Source: Nitrospiraceae bacterium UBA665 (GTDB taxonomy: Bacteria; Nitrospirota; Thermodesulfovibrionia; Thermodesulfovibrionales; Dissulfurispiraceae). From it: a stretch of DNA of 64,000 nt. Below the pieces are notes generated by a model that was not told where the DNA came from, ran no database searches, and saw only the letters and a list, made by a program, of their open reading frames with translations. Shown here piece by piece: positions 1 through 8,213 of this stretch; position 1 is the first letter of the stretch; each line of letters begins with the position of its first letter. The stretch lies in assembly GCA_002299835.1 (NCBI GenBank), contig DBNT01000114.1:1123-65122 (forward strand), given 5' to 3'. The position numbers were made by a program, and so were the translations under genes.

Positions 1-215
1 GCTTGTCTGTCAGCAATATCAGGCGGATATCCCTCTTTAATGAACCCTTCAAAAAGCGCCATCTCTTTTTCTTCTTCTGTCATGTCTTCTGTAGTATCAA
101 CAGTTACCCCTGTGCCTCCGGCTTTCCTATACTCTTCATCGAAGATATCCATTATCTCAAGGGCTTTAGGGTTTATTCGCCTGATTCTATCTCGTATGTC
201 TTCTCTCTCTGCCAT
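1..215 (-). CDS. small acidic hypothetical protein, partial; the C-terminus lies beyond the window. Paralog of 10987..11226
   Basis: ATG at 215 on the minus strand, open to the window edge. Translation MAEREDIRDR...TTEDMTEEEKEMALFEGFIKEGYPPD parallels TTENMTQEEEEIEVTAGFLKEGYPYD in 10987..11226. Confidence 0.55.
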   Translation of the reverse strand, partial: MAEREDIRDRIRRINPKALEIMDIFDEEYRKAGGTGVTVDTTEDMTEEEKEMALFEGFIKEGYPPDIADRQ

Positions 216-221
216 ATCTTA

Positions 222-250
222 TTTATAAGGAGATGAGAGAGAAAAGTCAA
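222..250 (-). promoter_or_regulatory. sigma70-type promoter P1, leaderless
   Basis: Minus strand reads TTGACT, 17 nt, TATAAA, 6 nt, ATG. Confidence 0.6.
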
Positions 251-318
251 GCGTAAGTCCTCAATGCCTGTTTCTTTTCTTTGAAAAGTGCGGGCAGAGG
301 CAGCAAAAGGAGCTTTAT

Positions 319-1038
319 ATGAAGATATTGTCTTTTATATTGTTATTATTCCTGCTAAATCCTTTAGTAGCTTTAGCAGGCAATACTGACTTCAGGCACG
401 CTCAACAAAAATCAGATGAGCGATGCCTTATAATGCCGGCGGCTATATTTGCAACCGGACTGTCTATACTTGCGGTAGACGAAGAGGTGAGGCGGTTTTC
501 ACAAAGAAACCGACTAGAAATAGAAAACAAGGGACACCTGGTGAAGCACAGTTTTACAGCCGCTCTTCCTGTTTTTGCAGCAATAGGGTACATTGGCGGC
601 AACGAAAAAGCACAGCTAACCTCTAGGGCATTACTTAGAGGTATAGTGGTAAACGCCGCGGTTACTGCAGGACTGAAGGAAATATTAGGCAGATCGAGAC
701 CAAATCGTTTGGATGATGGCGCCCATGAGTTTAAACCGTTTTCTGGTAACAGGGCATTACCTTCAGGGCATACATCCCACTCGTTCGTTGTAGCAACAAT
801 ATTAAGTGAAATATATGGCGAAGATTATGGATGGGTTACTCCGGTTGTTTACGGGGCGGCTACGTTTGTGGCTTATTCTCGAATTGATGGGAATAAGCAC
901 TGGGTGTCTGATCTTATCCTCGGCGCTGCTTTAGGACATGTTATCGGCAAATGGTCAGTGTCAAAAGAGACGAGAAAGATAACCCCCGTTGTTTTTAATA
1001 ACGGCGGGGTCGGGTTAAAAGCGAATTTCCGCTTCTAG
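319..1038 (+). CDS. PAP2-family (type 2 phosphatidic acid / acid) phosphatase, secreted or membrane
   Basis: N-terminal signal peptide. Full tripartite PAP2 motif: KEILGRSRP, PSGH, SRIDGNKHWVSD. AAGGAG RBS. Confidence 0.85.
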   Translation: MKILSFILLLFLLNPLVALAGNTDFRHAQQKSDERCLIMPAAIFATGLSILAVDEEVRRFSQRNRLEIENKGHLVKHSFTAALPVFAAIGYIGGNEKAQLTSRALLRGIVVNAAVTAGLKEILGRSRPNRLDDGAHEFKPFSGNRALPSGHTSHSFVVATILSEIYGEDYGWVTPVVYGAATFVAYSRIDGNKHWVSDLILGAALGHVIGKWSVSKETRKITPVVFNNGGVGLKANFRF

Positions 1039-1131
1039 ATTGAATTAATACATCTAAACAGAAGAAGGCGCAGCCAAAGTCAACTATATGAGAAAAAGGC
1101 TGCGCCTTCTTTATTCCAAAGGAGGTGTCTT

Positions 1132-1374
1132 ATGATTCCGTCATTCCTTTTGCCTTTTATCAAGCCAGGAACAGAGGGCTTTATCGAAAGGTATTCAAAG
1201 TCTTCTGCCCACGCGTTCCGCATGGTAGCAGAAGATAGAATTAGAAACCTCTTTGTTGCAGGCGAAACACTTGAAGCAAAGAGAATAGGTGAGGAACTAA
1301 TAGATGCTTATCCAGATGGCAGAGATGTTGTAAAAGACATACTTTGTCGTTTAAAAATCGGAGGTGGATTATGA
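1132..1374 (+). CDS. hypothetical protein
   Basis: GGAGGTG RBS. ATGA overlap with the next ORF. Confidence 0.5.
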   Translation: MIPSFLLPFIKPGTEGFIERYSKSSAHAFRMVAEDRIRNLFVAGETLEAKRIGEELIDAYPDGRDVVKDILCRLKIGGGL

Positions 1375-1640
1375 TTAAACTGGATAATATCGTAAAAGCA
1401 GAACCTTCTTATAAAGGAGGGATTATAGTCACGCTTCACTCAGAAGATTCCTTTCTTTTAAATCTGGTCGGAAATTATCTATCACGTCGCTTTGAACTAA
1501 TGGCGGAGCTGGATGTCGTTAAAAAGGTAATTGATAGGGGAGATGTAATAATTCTTCTCCCTGCAAGAGGCGTCTCTCAACAGGAACTTATTGCTACCTT
1601 TAATAAGGTGGTAGGTGTGACTGTTCAGCTTCACGGATAG
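1371..1640 (+). CDS. hypothetical protein
   Basis: Internal ATG at 1371 follows GGAGGTGG and overlaps the upstream stop (ATGA), suggesting translational coupling. Confidence 0.5.
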   Translation: MIKLDNIVKAEPSYKGGIIVTLHSEDSFLLNLVGNYLSRRFELMAELDVVKKVIDRGDVIILLPARGVSQQELIATFNKVVGVTVQLHG

Positions 1641-1788
1641 CGTCTTTAACTTCTCGCCTTACTTCATCATCAGTTTTACTGAGGTCGTTAAGGAGGAAGT
1701 CCTTCAGGTCGTTTTCTGTCTTAAAGGAGTTGAGTTTGTCGCACATCTCATTTACAACTGCATGTAGGATGTCTCTTTTCTCTGTCAT
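1600..1788 (-). CDS. hypothetical protein, leaderless
   Basis: 62-aa ORF whose ATG lies 8 nt downstream of the P2 -10 box. Confidence 0.5.
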   Translation of the reverse strand: MTEKRDILHAVVNEMCDKLNSFKTENDLKDFLLNDLSKTDDEVRREVKDAIREAEQSHLPPY

Positions 1789-1796
1789 ATATCTAA

Positions 1797-1825
1797 TATA
1801 TAGGCTTTTGAGACAGAAAAGTCAA
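1797..1825 (-). promoter_or_regulatory. sigma70-type promoter P2
   Basis: Minus strand: CTTGACTTTTC with TTGACT, 17 nt, TATATA, 8 nt, ATG. Confidence 0.6.
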
Positions 1826-1843
1826 GCAGTCGAGGAAAAAAAG

Positions 1844-1972
1844 ATGAAAAAAAGAATTAAATTAAGACTTCCTATTAAGGAAATTTTAATCCTGAGAAAG
1901 AAAAGCATAGTCCCTAATCAAAAAAAGCAAGCAGACAAGCATGCTTGCAGAAAAAAAGTTAAAGGTAGTTAA
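1844..1972 (+). repeat. copy A of a duplicated module: a 42-aa Lys/Arg-rich micro-ORF or a structured RNA
   Basis: AAATTAAGACTTCCTATTAAGGAA..TTAATCCTGAGAA..AAAAGCATA...GCAAGC..GCTTGCAGAAA is shared with 33046..33180. Frame and length are conserved. Confidence 0.45.
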
Positions 1973-2045
1973 GGAAAGGTAGTTTTTGTTTTTATCAAAC
2001 TACAGCCCTTGGCTGTAGAAAACAATAGTTATCGGGAGGATCGCT

Positions 2046-2189
2046 ATGAGTCGACTGTATAAAATGCTATTTAAAAACAAAAACAAAGAGGATATCAAAG
2101 TGAGATGTGGTAGAGACCTGTATTTTGCTCTCCGCAGAAATTTCCGTATCTCCGCTGTTACAGCCTATCGCATCGCAATGTCCCAGTAG
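2046..2189 (+). CDS. hypothetical basic 47-aa protein
   Basis: GGGAGG RBS 6 nt upstream of the ATG. Below the ORF-track length cutoff. Confidence 0.35.
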   Translation: MSRLYKMLFKNKNKEDIKVRCGRDLYFALRRNFRISAVTAYRIAMSQ

Positions 2190-2294
2190 CTATCTGTGAC
2201 TTCGTTTTAAAAAATCAGTTTCGCTCCTATATCTCAATCAAACCTTTGGTTTGATCTGATAAGGACATCTTTGCATTTTTAAGGAGGCTCGCTT

Positions 2295-2672
2295 ATGTCA
2301 AGGATAGGTGCTATACAAGAAGTGGTGTCCTCGGACGCCACTGCATTAAAGTTGCTGGACAGCGTAAAGTCCGCTGTAAGACGTTACTCCGAGGTGATAT
2401 CCACGATGGAGATGCGTCTTAAGAGCGTGCGATATCGCCTTGAAGGTCAGGATATGATAGATGCATTTATGATGCTGGACAGCAACAGGCACGTCGCACA
2501 CAATTCACTGATAGATTCAATAAAAATTGCCAATAGGTATCTGTTCAAAAAATATGGCACAGATACCATCCCTGTCGGTGGTGTATATGACAACGACCCG
2601 TTGCATCTTAAATATACTAACAGGGAAGCTATCGGCGAATGGGCGATCACAGTGGCTAAATACGTCAACTAA
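2295..2672 (+). CDS. hypothetical protein, paralog of 6423..6800
   Basis: AAGGAGG RBS. Shares HxAHNxLIDS..I.NRYLFK.Y...P.GGVY.DDPLHL...NR.AIG.WA with 6423..6800. Confidence 0.7.
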   Translation: MSRIGAIQEVVSSDATALKLLDSVKSAVRRYSEVISTMEMRLKSVRYRLEGQDMIDAFMMLDSNRHVAHNSLIDSIKIANRYLFKKYGTDTIPVGGVYDNDPLHLKYTNREAIGEWAITVAKYVN

Positions 2673-2839
2673 AAAGATGTTGCTCCCTCTACTATAAGGT
2701 CAGTCAAAAAAAACTGGCTGACCTTATTATTTCATTCTTTCTCATAGCTTATTGATTTTTTGCCTTAATTGTATTATACTTTTAGTGTTACGCTGTTAGT
2801 ATTATACACAAGGTGAGAATAAGAAGGAGGTTTAAACAG

Positions 2840-2868
2840 TTGACAATTAGTGTTCAAAAGTATATATT
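2840..2868 (+). promoter_or_regulatory. consensus sigma70 promoter upstream of the recombinase gene
   Basis: TTGACA, 17 nt, TATATT. Confidence 0.55.
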
Positions 2869-2887
2869 TTATCATAAGGTGTTATTG

Positions 2888-3487
2888 ATGCTAATAACTA
2901 TAAAATATATACGTGACTATTATAGTCTAAGCCGGATAAGCCTTATCAATTGGGAAAAGCAGGGATTGCTCAAACCATATTACACACCCGGAGGCCGCAG
3001 GCGTTATAAACGTGAAGACATAGAACACTTGTTGGGCATAAAGAAAGAATCGCCTGTCAAGCCTGCTGTAGTCTGTTACGCCCGTGTATCTACCGCCAAA
3101 CAAAAAGACTATCTCGATAATCAGATGCAGCGATTAAAAAGTTATTGCAAAGCTAAAGGCTATCGGGACTATCACATAATATCTGAGATAGCGTCTGGCG
3201 TCAACGAGAACAGGCGAGAGTTAAGGACGCTGTTGAATATGGCAAAGCGAGGAGAGGTAAGTAAGGTTGTTATTGAGTATGAAGACCGTCTGGCGAGGTT
3301 CGGTTATGAATATCTTAAGGCGTATTTCAATTCCTTTGGCATAGATATAGAGGTTATTAACGGAAATGAACACGAGGACGCTCAAAAAGAGCTTGCCGAA
3401 GACCTTATAGCAATGGTCACATCGTTTGCCGCAAGGATATACGGCAAGCGTGGAGGTCGCAAGATCAAACATGAACAAAAAAACTGA
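2888..3487 (+). CDS. tnpA: IS607-type serine recombinase (MerR-like HTH plus resolvase catalytic domain)
   Basis: N-terminal HTH (YSLSRISLINWEKQGLL). YARVSTAKQ catalytic-serine motif. The start is uncertain between GTG 2813 and ATG 2888. Confidence 0.8.
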   Translation: MLITIKYIRDYYSLSRISLINWEKQGLLKPYYTPGGRRRYKREDIEHLLGIKKESPVKPAVVCYARVSTAKQKDYLDNQMQRLKSYCKAKGYRDYHIISEIASGVNENRRELRTLLNMAKRGEVSKVVIEYEDRLARFGYEYLKAYFNSFGIDIEVINGNEHEDAQKELAEDLIAMVTSFAARIYGKRGGRKIKHEQKN

Positions 3488-5057
3488 CGGGACTATCATT
3501 GCAACTATCACAGGTATAATCAGTCCGCAAAGCGAAAGCGACATTGCCGATATATACGGACTAATGTCTGATTCTTCCTCTGCAAAGAAAATGGCTTTCA
3601 ACAGGATAGTTAAAGACGGCGTTGATGACAGGGGCGCAATAGAGAGATACATCAGACAGCGCATCCCGACTTTTAACACCCGCTATGCAAGAGACGCTAT
3701 AATCGAGGCTCAGGCAATAATCTTATCCCAGAAAGAGCTTCTGCCTATGTATCTTCAGAATACACAAAAGAAACTCAAAAAATCTGTTGCAAAACTTGTA
3801 GATTATGTAACAGAGGATAAAAAACCTAAAACTGACCTTTTAGTAGCTCTAAAGGGATTATGTAACAGAATCGGAAAACTGAAGTCTCGCATTACTGAAC
3901 TTCAATCGCATATTAACAACGGAACTATCCCAAACATTGTGTTTGGCGGAAAGAATAATTTTAAAAAACTACAAAAAGGTCTTATCTCAAGAAAACAGTG
4001 GAAAGATCTAAGAACCAACAGCTTTTACAGTAGAGGGGATGCATCCAAGCAAGGCAATCTTCATACACGTCTGTATTACAACGAAGCTGAAGACTCTTTC
4101 AGGATTAGGCTTTCTATCCCCCAGGATAAAGGCAGATGTAAATATATCTATTGCCCTGTCTCAATAGCCTCGGCTAAAAGGCATAAAAGCAGGCGGGAGA
4201 CACTTATATCGGCTGTGCAAAACAATGCCTCTTACTCAGTGCGAATTATAAGGCGTAATTCAAATATTGAAGCTCATATCACTCTTGATGAGGTTATTTA
4301 CGGCTCCTTCGTTAAGAAAATCCCCGAATCCGTAACCACTATCGCAGGGATAGACCTGAATACAGACAGGCTGGCAGTAACGCTGTCTGATTACAAAGGC
4401 AACTTCATTAGGCATAAAACATTTTATTGCCATGACCTTGAGCATTGCAGGACAGGGCAGAGAGACTTTACGATTAACCATGTCGTGAAGGAGATGTTTG
4501 AATGGCTTACAACTAATCATACAGAGGTTGTTGTTATTGAGCGACTTGATTTCAAGCAGGACATGGACACCAATGCATGGCTTAACCGTTTCAGGTCTAA
4601 CTTCACTTATAGTAAGCTGCATAAGGCTATCACGCGGAAGGCGCTCAGAACAGGTATGTTCATTAAGACCGTTAATCCGACATATACGTCTCAAATAGGA
4701 ACGCTCAAATACGCAGCGCAATACGGCATGGCAAGGCATGAGGCTGCCGCTTATGTAATAGCACGCAGAGGACTCGGATATAACGAGCGTATTCCTAAAA
4801 GGATTATCCAAAATCTGCCAGACATTATCAGTACTCTGATCCAGAAAGCTTCAGGCGCTAAGGAAGCAGCCAAAAAAAAGCTCACGGCTCATATTAAAGT
4901 CTTAAAACAGTGGAAAGCTTACTCTCCGGTAAGCACTATCCATAAGTGGAAGTTGTGGTCTTTGCTGTATCAAAGCCTACCATGCCCTGTGTTTCCTATG
5001 GAAGGAATAGCAGGGGTAAGTGGTCAGGCAGCTCCCCTAACAGGGGCCGGTCCATGA
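3471..5057 (+). CDS. tnpB: TnpB-like protein, atypical C-terminus
   Basis: GIDLN (RuvC-I), VVIERL (RuvC-II) and NPTYTSQ are present. No Cys zinc ribbon, and RHEAAAYVIARRG sits where DxNAAxNI is expected. The last roughly 35 codons are GC-rich and probably read through an RNA. Confidence 0.7.
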   Translation: MNKKTDGTIIATITGIISPQSESDIADIYGLMSDSSSAKKMAFNRIVKDGVDDRGAIERYIRQRIPTFNTRYARDAIIEAQAIILSQKELLPMYLQNTQKKLKKSVAKLVDYVTEDKKPKTDLLVALKGLCNRIGKLKSRITELQSHINNGTIPNIVFGGKNNFKKLQKGLISRKQWKDLRTNSFYSRGDASKQGNLHTRLYYNEAEDSFRIRLSIPQDKGRCKYIYCPVSIASAKRHKSRRETLISAVQNNASYSVRIIRRNSNIEAHITLDEVIYGSFVKKIPESVTTIAGIDLNTDRLAVTLSDYKGNFIRHKTFYCHDLEHCRTGQRDFTINHVVKEMFEWLTTNHTEVVVIERLDFKQDMDTNAWLNRFRSNFTYSKLHKAITRKALRTGMFIKTVNPTYTSQIGTLKYAAQYGMARHEAAAYVIARRGLGYNERIPKRIIQNLPDIISTLIQKASGAKEAAKKKLTAHIKVLKQWKAYSPVSTIHKWKLWSLLYQSLPCPVFPMEGIAGVSGQAAPLTGAGP

Positions 5058-5250
5058 ACTTCACAGCAGGTGAAGGCGAATCGGTATTCGGGACTGTGGC
5101 AGGGTGTGACTCCCTGCAGTAACGCCTTGAACTGGTAAAGGCGTAAAACCCAACGTCTTTGGCGAGGGTATCTTAATAAGGAGAGTACTCAAACTTTACC
5201 GGCTTAACTGAATGCAAATTCAGTTTTGTATAGTTTGGGGAACCAGGTAA
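4950..5250 (+). ncRNA. candidate TnpB guide (omega/re) RNA scaffold; extent approximate
   Basis: GC-rich stretch with hairpins GCAGGG/CCCTGC, ACGCCTT/AAGGCGT and AACTGAAT/ATTCAGTT. It overlaps and follows the tnpB 3' end. Confidence 0.4.
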
Positions 5251-5257
5251 TGATTAA

Positions 5258-6400
5258 ATGCCTAACCCGTTTTCAATCGGCATAGTAACCGGTTCTGACT
5301 TCTGTAACAGAAAAGAAGAAAGGGAAACTCTATTGCAACATATACGGAGCATGCAGAGCGTTGTTTTATCTGCAAAGAGAAGGATAGGGAAGTCTTCGCT
5401 TGTTACACAAGTCTTGACCGAAATAGAAAATGAGGACATACTGCCGATTTATGCAAGTTTTTTCAAGATTTCCTCAGAGCAGGATTTTATTACTACATTA
5501 GCCACTGCAATAGCTCGAAGTATAGGAAAAGCCGCTCTTGACCCACGCCCCCTTCAAGAGAAGATTAAAAGTCTTTTTGGGAGGATAATTATAGGTCTTG
5601 ATTTAGAGCAGGATAAAACAGTTTTAACTGCCCGGCTTGGCAGAGAGATAAAATTCGATTATCTTTTGGAAGATGTGATGCAAGGGCTTTTCGGTTATAT
5701 AGAGAAGAATAATATGCGCGCCTGCATTGTGTTGGATGAATTTCAGGAGATCGCAGAGCTACCGAACTCAAAGAACATTGAAGGGACATTGCGGGAATAT
5801 ATGCAGTTTCGGAAAGATGTCTGTTATCTATTTGTCGGTAGTAAGCGGAGACTTTTGCTCGATATGTTTACGGACAAACGCAGGCCATTCTACAAAAGCG
5901 CATATATCTACTCGACAAGGGAAATAGCAAAGGAAGACTTCGTTCCGTATATCGTAGGTCAATTCTCGGCAAGCGGTAAGATATGTTCTACTGAGACTGC
6001 CGGGTTGATTTACGATACTGTTGAAGGATATACATACTATGTCCAGAAACTTGCTTCTTTGTCGTGGAATATAACTAACACGGAGTGCGATTCAACAATC
6101 GTTAAGAAGGCATATGCCTCACTTATAGAAATGGAGGAGATGTCAGATTTTGTGAGTATCTGGAATGGTCTCCCTATAGGACAGAGATCTGCTCTAAAGG
6201 CAATTGCAAAATCTCCTGCATTATCGATTTATGCAAAGGAATTTCTTCTTCTACACAATCTCTCCGCATCTAGTGCACAGAAGTCTGCATTAGCACTACA
6301 GAAAAAAGACCTGATAGAAGAAATTACAAAAAACATATATAAGGTTACTGACCCGGTTTTTAGTGCATGGCTGAGAGATTCAGAACGGGCATTTGCTTAA
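5258..6400 (+). CDS. AAA-type ATPase (archaeal-ATPase / DUF234-like architecture)
   Basis: Walker A AKRRIGKSSL. Walker B IVLDEFQEI. About 380 aa. Confidence 0.65.
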   Translation: MPNPFSIGIVTGSDFCNRKEERETLLQHIRSMQSVVLSAKRRIGKSSLVTQVLTEIENEDILPIYASFFKISSEQDFITTLATAIARSIGKAALDPRPLQEKIKSLFGRIIIGLDLEQDKTVLTARLGREIKFDYLLEDVMQGLFGYIEKNNMRACIVLDEFQEIAELPNSKNIEGTLREYMQFRKDVCYLFVGSKRRLLLDMFTDKRRPFYKSAYIYSTREIAKEDFVPYIVGQFSASGKICSTETAGLIYDTVEGYTYYVQKLASLSWNITNTECDSTIVKKAYASLIEMEEMSDFVSIWNGLPIGQRSALKAIAKSPALSIYAKEFLLLHNLSASSAQKSALALQKKDLIEEITKNIYKVTDPVFSAWLRDSERAFA

Positions 6401-6422
6401 CATCACGGAAAGGAGAAAAAAT

Positions 6423-6800
6423 ATGAATCCAAAAAGCCGCATCCTTAATATCATAAAAATACTCATGAACGATGCGACTGGCATTAACTTAATCGCTGAT
6501 GTTCTTAACAAGACTCTGAATTACGTTAACGCCGTCAATATTCTGGAGCATTATGTGATGTTAGGAGGCGACGACCAAGACGAAATTCATCGCCTGGACC
6601 AGCGGCGAACTCTCGCCCACAACGCCTTAATAGATAGTGTTAATATCTGTAACCGCTATCTGTTTAAGAATTACAAAGACGCCGTTCCACCCGGCGGCGT
6701 TTACTCAGACGACCCTCTGCATTTGTCGCCTGAAAACCGCAGGGCTATCGGTAACTGGGCAGGCAAACTTGTCTCTGATGTGTTTGAAAATCGGAGATGA
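6423..6800 (+). CDS. hypothetical protein, paralog of 2295..2672
   Basis: AAGGAG RBS before ATG 6423. The C-terminal half is conserved with 2295..2672. Confidence 0.7.
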   Translation: MNPKSRILNIIKILMNDATGINLIADVLNKTLNYVNAVNILEHYVMLGGDDQDEIHRLDQRRTLAHNALIDSVNICNRYLFKNYKDAVPPGGVYSDDPLHLSPENRRAIGNWAGKLVSDVFENRR

Positions 6801-6888
6801 GTGTGAAAATGCACTAACCCGCCTGATAACAAGCCAAACCTCAACTCAACTAACACTTGCATTCTAACAACTCAGTCGAGTTAAGAGA

Positions 6889-7035
6889 CTACTTGTTGCG
6901 GAACATCTTATCGCAATGCGAGCAAAAGTAATAGTCTTCTTCTATTTGTCTGACTGAGTTTTTGCGCCCGCAAAACAAACATTTCGGCATATCTTTGCTT
7001 TGTATATCCTTGCTTTGTCTTTTTGTTTTTTTCAT
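6889..7035 (-). CDS. small zinc-ribbon protein
   Basis: CLFCG...CSHCD. ATG 7035 lies 10 nt downstream of the P3 -10 box. The longer track ORF would start upstream of the promoter. Confidence 0.5.
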   Translation of the reverse strand: MKKTKRQSKDIQSKDMPKCLFCGRKNSVRQIEEDYYFCSHCDKMFRNK

Positions 7036-7045
7036 TCTATTTATA

Positions 7046-7074
7046 TTTATAGGATTTTTTGAAAAGAAAGTCAA
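7046..7074 (-). promoter_or_regulatory. sigma70-type promoter P3
   Basis: TTGACT, 17 nt, TATAAA. Its -35 box is part of the palindrome GAAAGTCAA-N6-TTGACTTTC. Confidence 0.55.
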
Positions 7075-7136
7075 GTTTATTTGACTTTCAAAAGAGCAGC
7101 CTTTGGCTGCTTTAGTCTTTGTATTGAAGGTGTATC

Positions 7137-7268
7137 ATGAAAGAATTGAACGTTATCGACTTTACAGATGTCTTCTCTGAAGGGCTAATAGATATAGCGT
7201 ATCCAGAAGACAGCAGGACGTCCTCAAATGACATTGATATAATTAAGTATTTGAAGGGGGCTGTCTGA
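7137..7268 (+). CDS. hypothetical acidic 43-aa protein
   Basis: GAAGGTG RBS. Below the track cutoff. Confidence 0.3.
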   Translation: MKELNVIDFTDVFSEGLIDIAYPEDSRTSSNDIDIIKYLKGAV

Positions 7269-7301
7269 TTATTATCTATTTTTTAAACAAAAAAAAACAG
7301 A

Positions 7302-7340
7302 GATGCGTTGCCTTTGGCAAGCATCCGCTTTTTTGTTTTT
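7302..7340 (+). terminator. rho-independent terminator, A-tract/hairpin/T-tract and possibly bidirectional
   Basis: GATGCGTTGCC-TTT-GGCAAGCATC followed by a T-run. Homologous module at 22632..22673. Confidence 0.6.
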
Positions 7341-7353
7341 TTGGAGGTGAGTG

Positions 7354-7488
7354 ATGCTTGAGTTTATTCTCAAAAACAAGGACGGAGAAACCGTCTGGAC
7401 GGCAGCATCCCCAGAACTTGCGGCTCATATAAAGCGGTGGTTTTGCGAGCGGGGATGTTACGTATCAATCGTGTGCAAGTATGCATAG
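7354..7488 (+). CDS. hypothetical 44-aa protein
   Basis: GGAGGTGAG RBS. Confidence 0.35.
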   Translation: MLEFILKNKDGETVWTAASPELAAHIKRWFCERGCYVSIVCKYA

Positions 7489-7497
7489 GAGGGCAGC

Positions 7498-7659
7498 ATG
7501 CGACTACAAAAAGGCATTTACCAAGATTTCGACATGATAGAGATTGAAAAAAGAGGCTCCTTGCGAGTATTGACCGCTAACGGTAAGCACGACATTATCC
7601 GCGGCCGTGATGTTTTACGTCATGTAATGTCCGGGTATGTCGTTGCCATTGCCTATTAG
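7498..7659 (+). CDS. hypothetical 53-aa protein
   Basis: AGGAGGG RBS. Confidence 0.35.
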   Translation: MRLQKGIYQDFDMIEIEKRGSLRVLTANGKHDIIRGRDVLRHVMSGYVVAIAY

Positions 7660-7671
7660 CAAGAGGTGTTT

Positions 7672-7938
7672 ATGAAAAGAATTACTGGTTATTGTAATGA
7701 CATGGCGTTGCCATCAAGAATAGATGAGCTGTGGCAGAAAGAAATGGAATCTCTGTCTTTGTCTTCCCCTCATTTCCTCTGCGATAGCACGATTTATTTT
7801 AAGTGCGGATTAGATGTGATGGTGATGAGAGAAGGGGAAACGCCAGAAGTTGTAAAATCACCAGCCGTCTTAAACCGGGTCTATACTAGGCTCGGTTTTT
7901 CTGTTTGCAGCATAAAATCTAAAACTTATTATTGCTAA
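7672..7938 (+). CDS. hypothetical protein
   Basis: AGAGGTG RBS before ATG 7672. Confidence 0.45.
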   Translation: MKRITGYCNDMALPSRIDELWQKEMESLSLSSPHFLCDSTIYFKCGLDVMVMREGETPEVVKSPAVLNRVYTRLGFSVCSIKSKTYYC

Positions 7939-7949
7939 TCGGAGGTGTA

Positions 7950-8147
7950 ATGATTCAGGAAATAATAGAACAATCAAGGGAAGATGGGGAAAGACCCAAT
8001 GCGTGTTACCTTGACTCTGGTAAAAGCTGCAAACTGCTTGCAGCTAAAACACATGGCTTTGCAGGGGACATTCCCGAGGGGGAGCGTAATCACAGACCAT
8101 CAAAGGAAACCTGCATGGTTGCAAGGGGGCGTGGAATGTGTGTATGA
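7950..8147 (+). CDS. hypothetical protein
   Basis: GGAGGTG RBS before ATG 7950. The alternative frame 7984..8217 has no RBS. Confidence 0.4.
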   Translation: MIQEIIEQSREDGERPNACYLDSGKSCKLLAAKTHGFAGDIPEGERNHRPSKETCMVARGRGMCV

Positions 8148-8213
8148 AACTCTCATCAGCGAAAATGAGGGGCTTAAGTTTAAGTTTGTCAACAAAAGAA
8201 AAAGGAGAATTAC

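Larger units (their letters stand above)
2760..5250 (+). mobile_element. IS607-like element: serine recombinase, TnpB-like gene and structured 3' region. Ends are approximate
   Basis: Gene pair typical of IS607. Boundaries could not be defined from the sequence alone. Confidence 0.6.

Noticed and set aside
7081-7136. A + strand TTGACT at 7081, mirror image of the P3 -35 box, as a divergent promoter for 7137..7268.
   Set aside because: No acceptable -10 hexamer lies 16-18 nt downstream. The sequence there is a hairpin (AGCAGCC-ttt-GGCTGCT).
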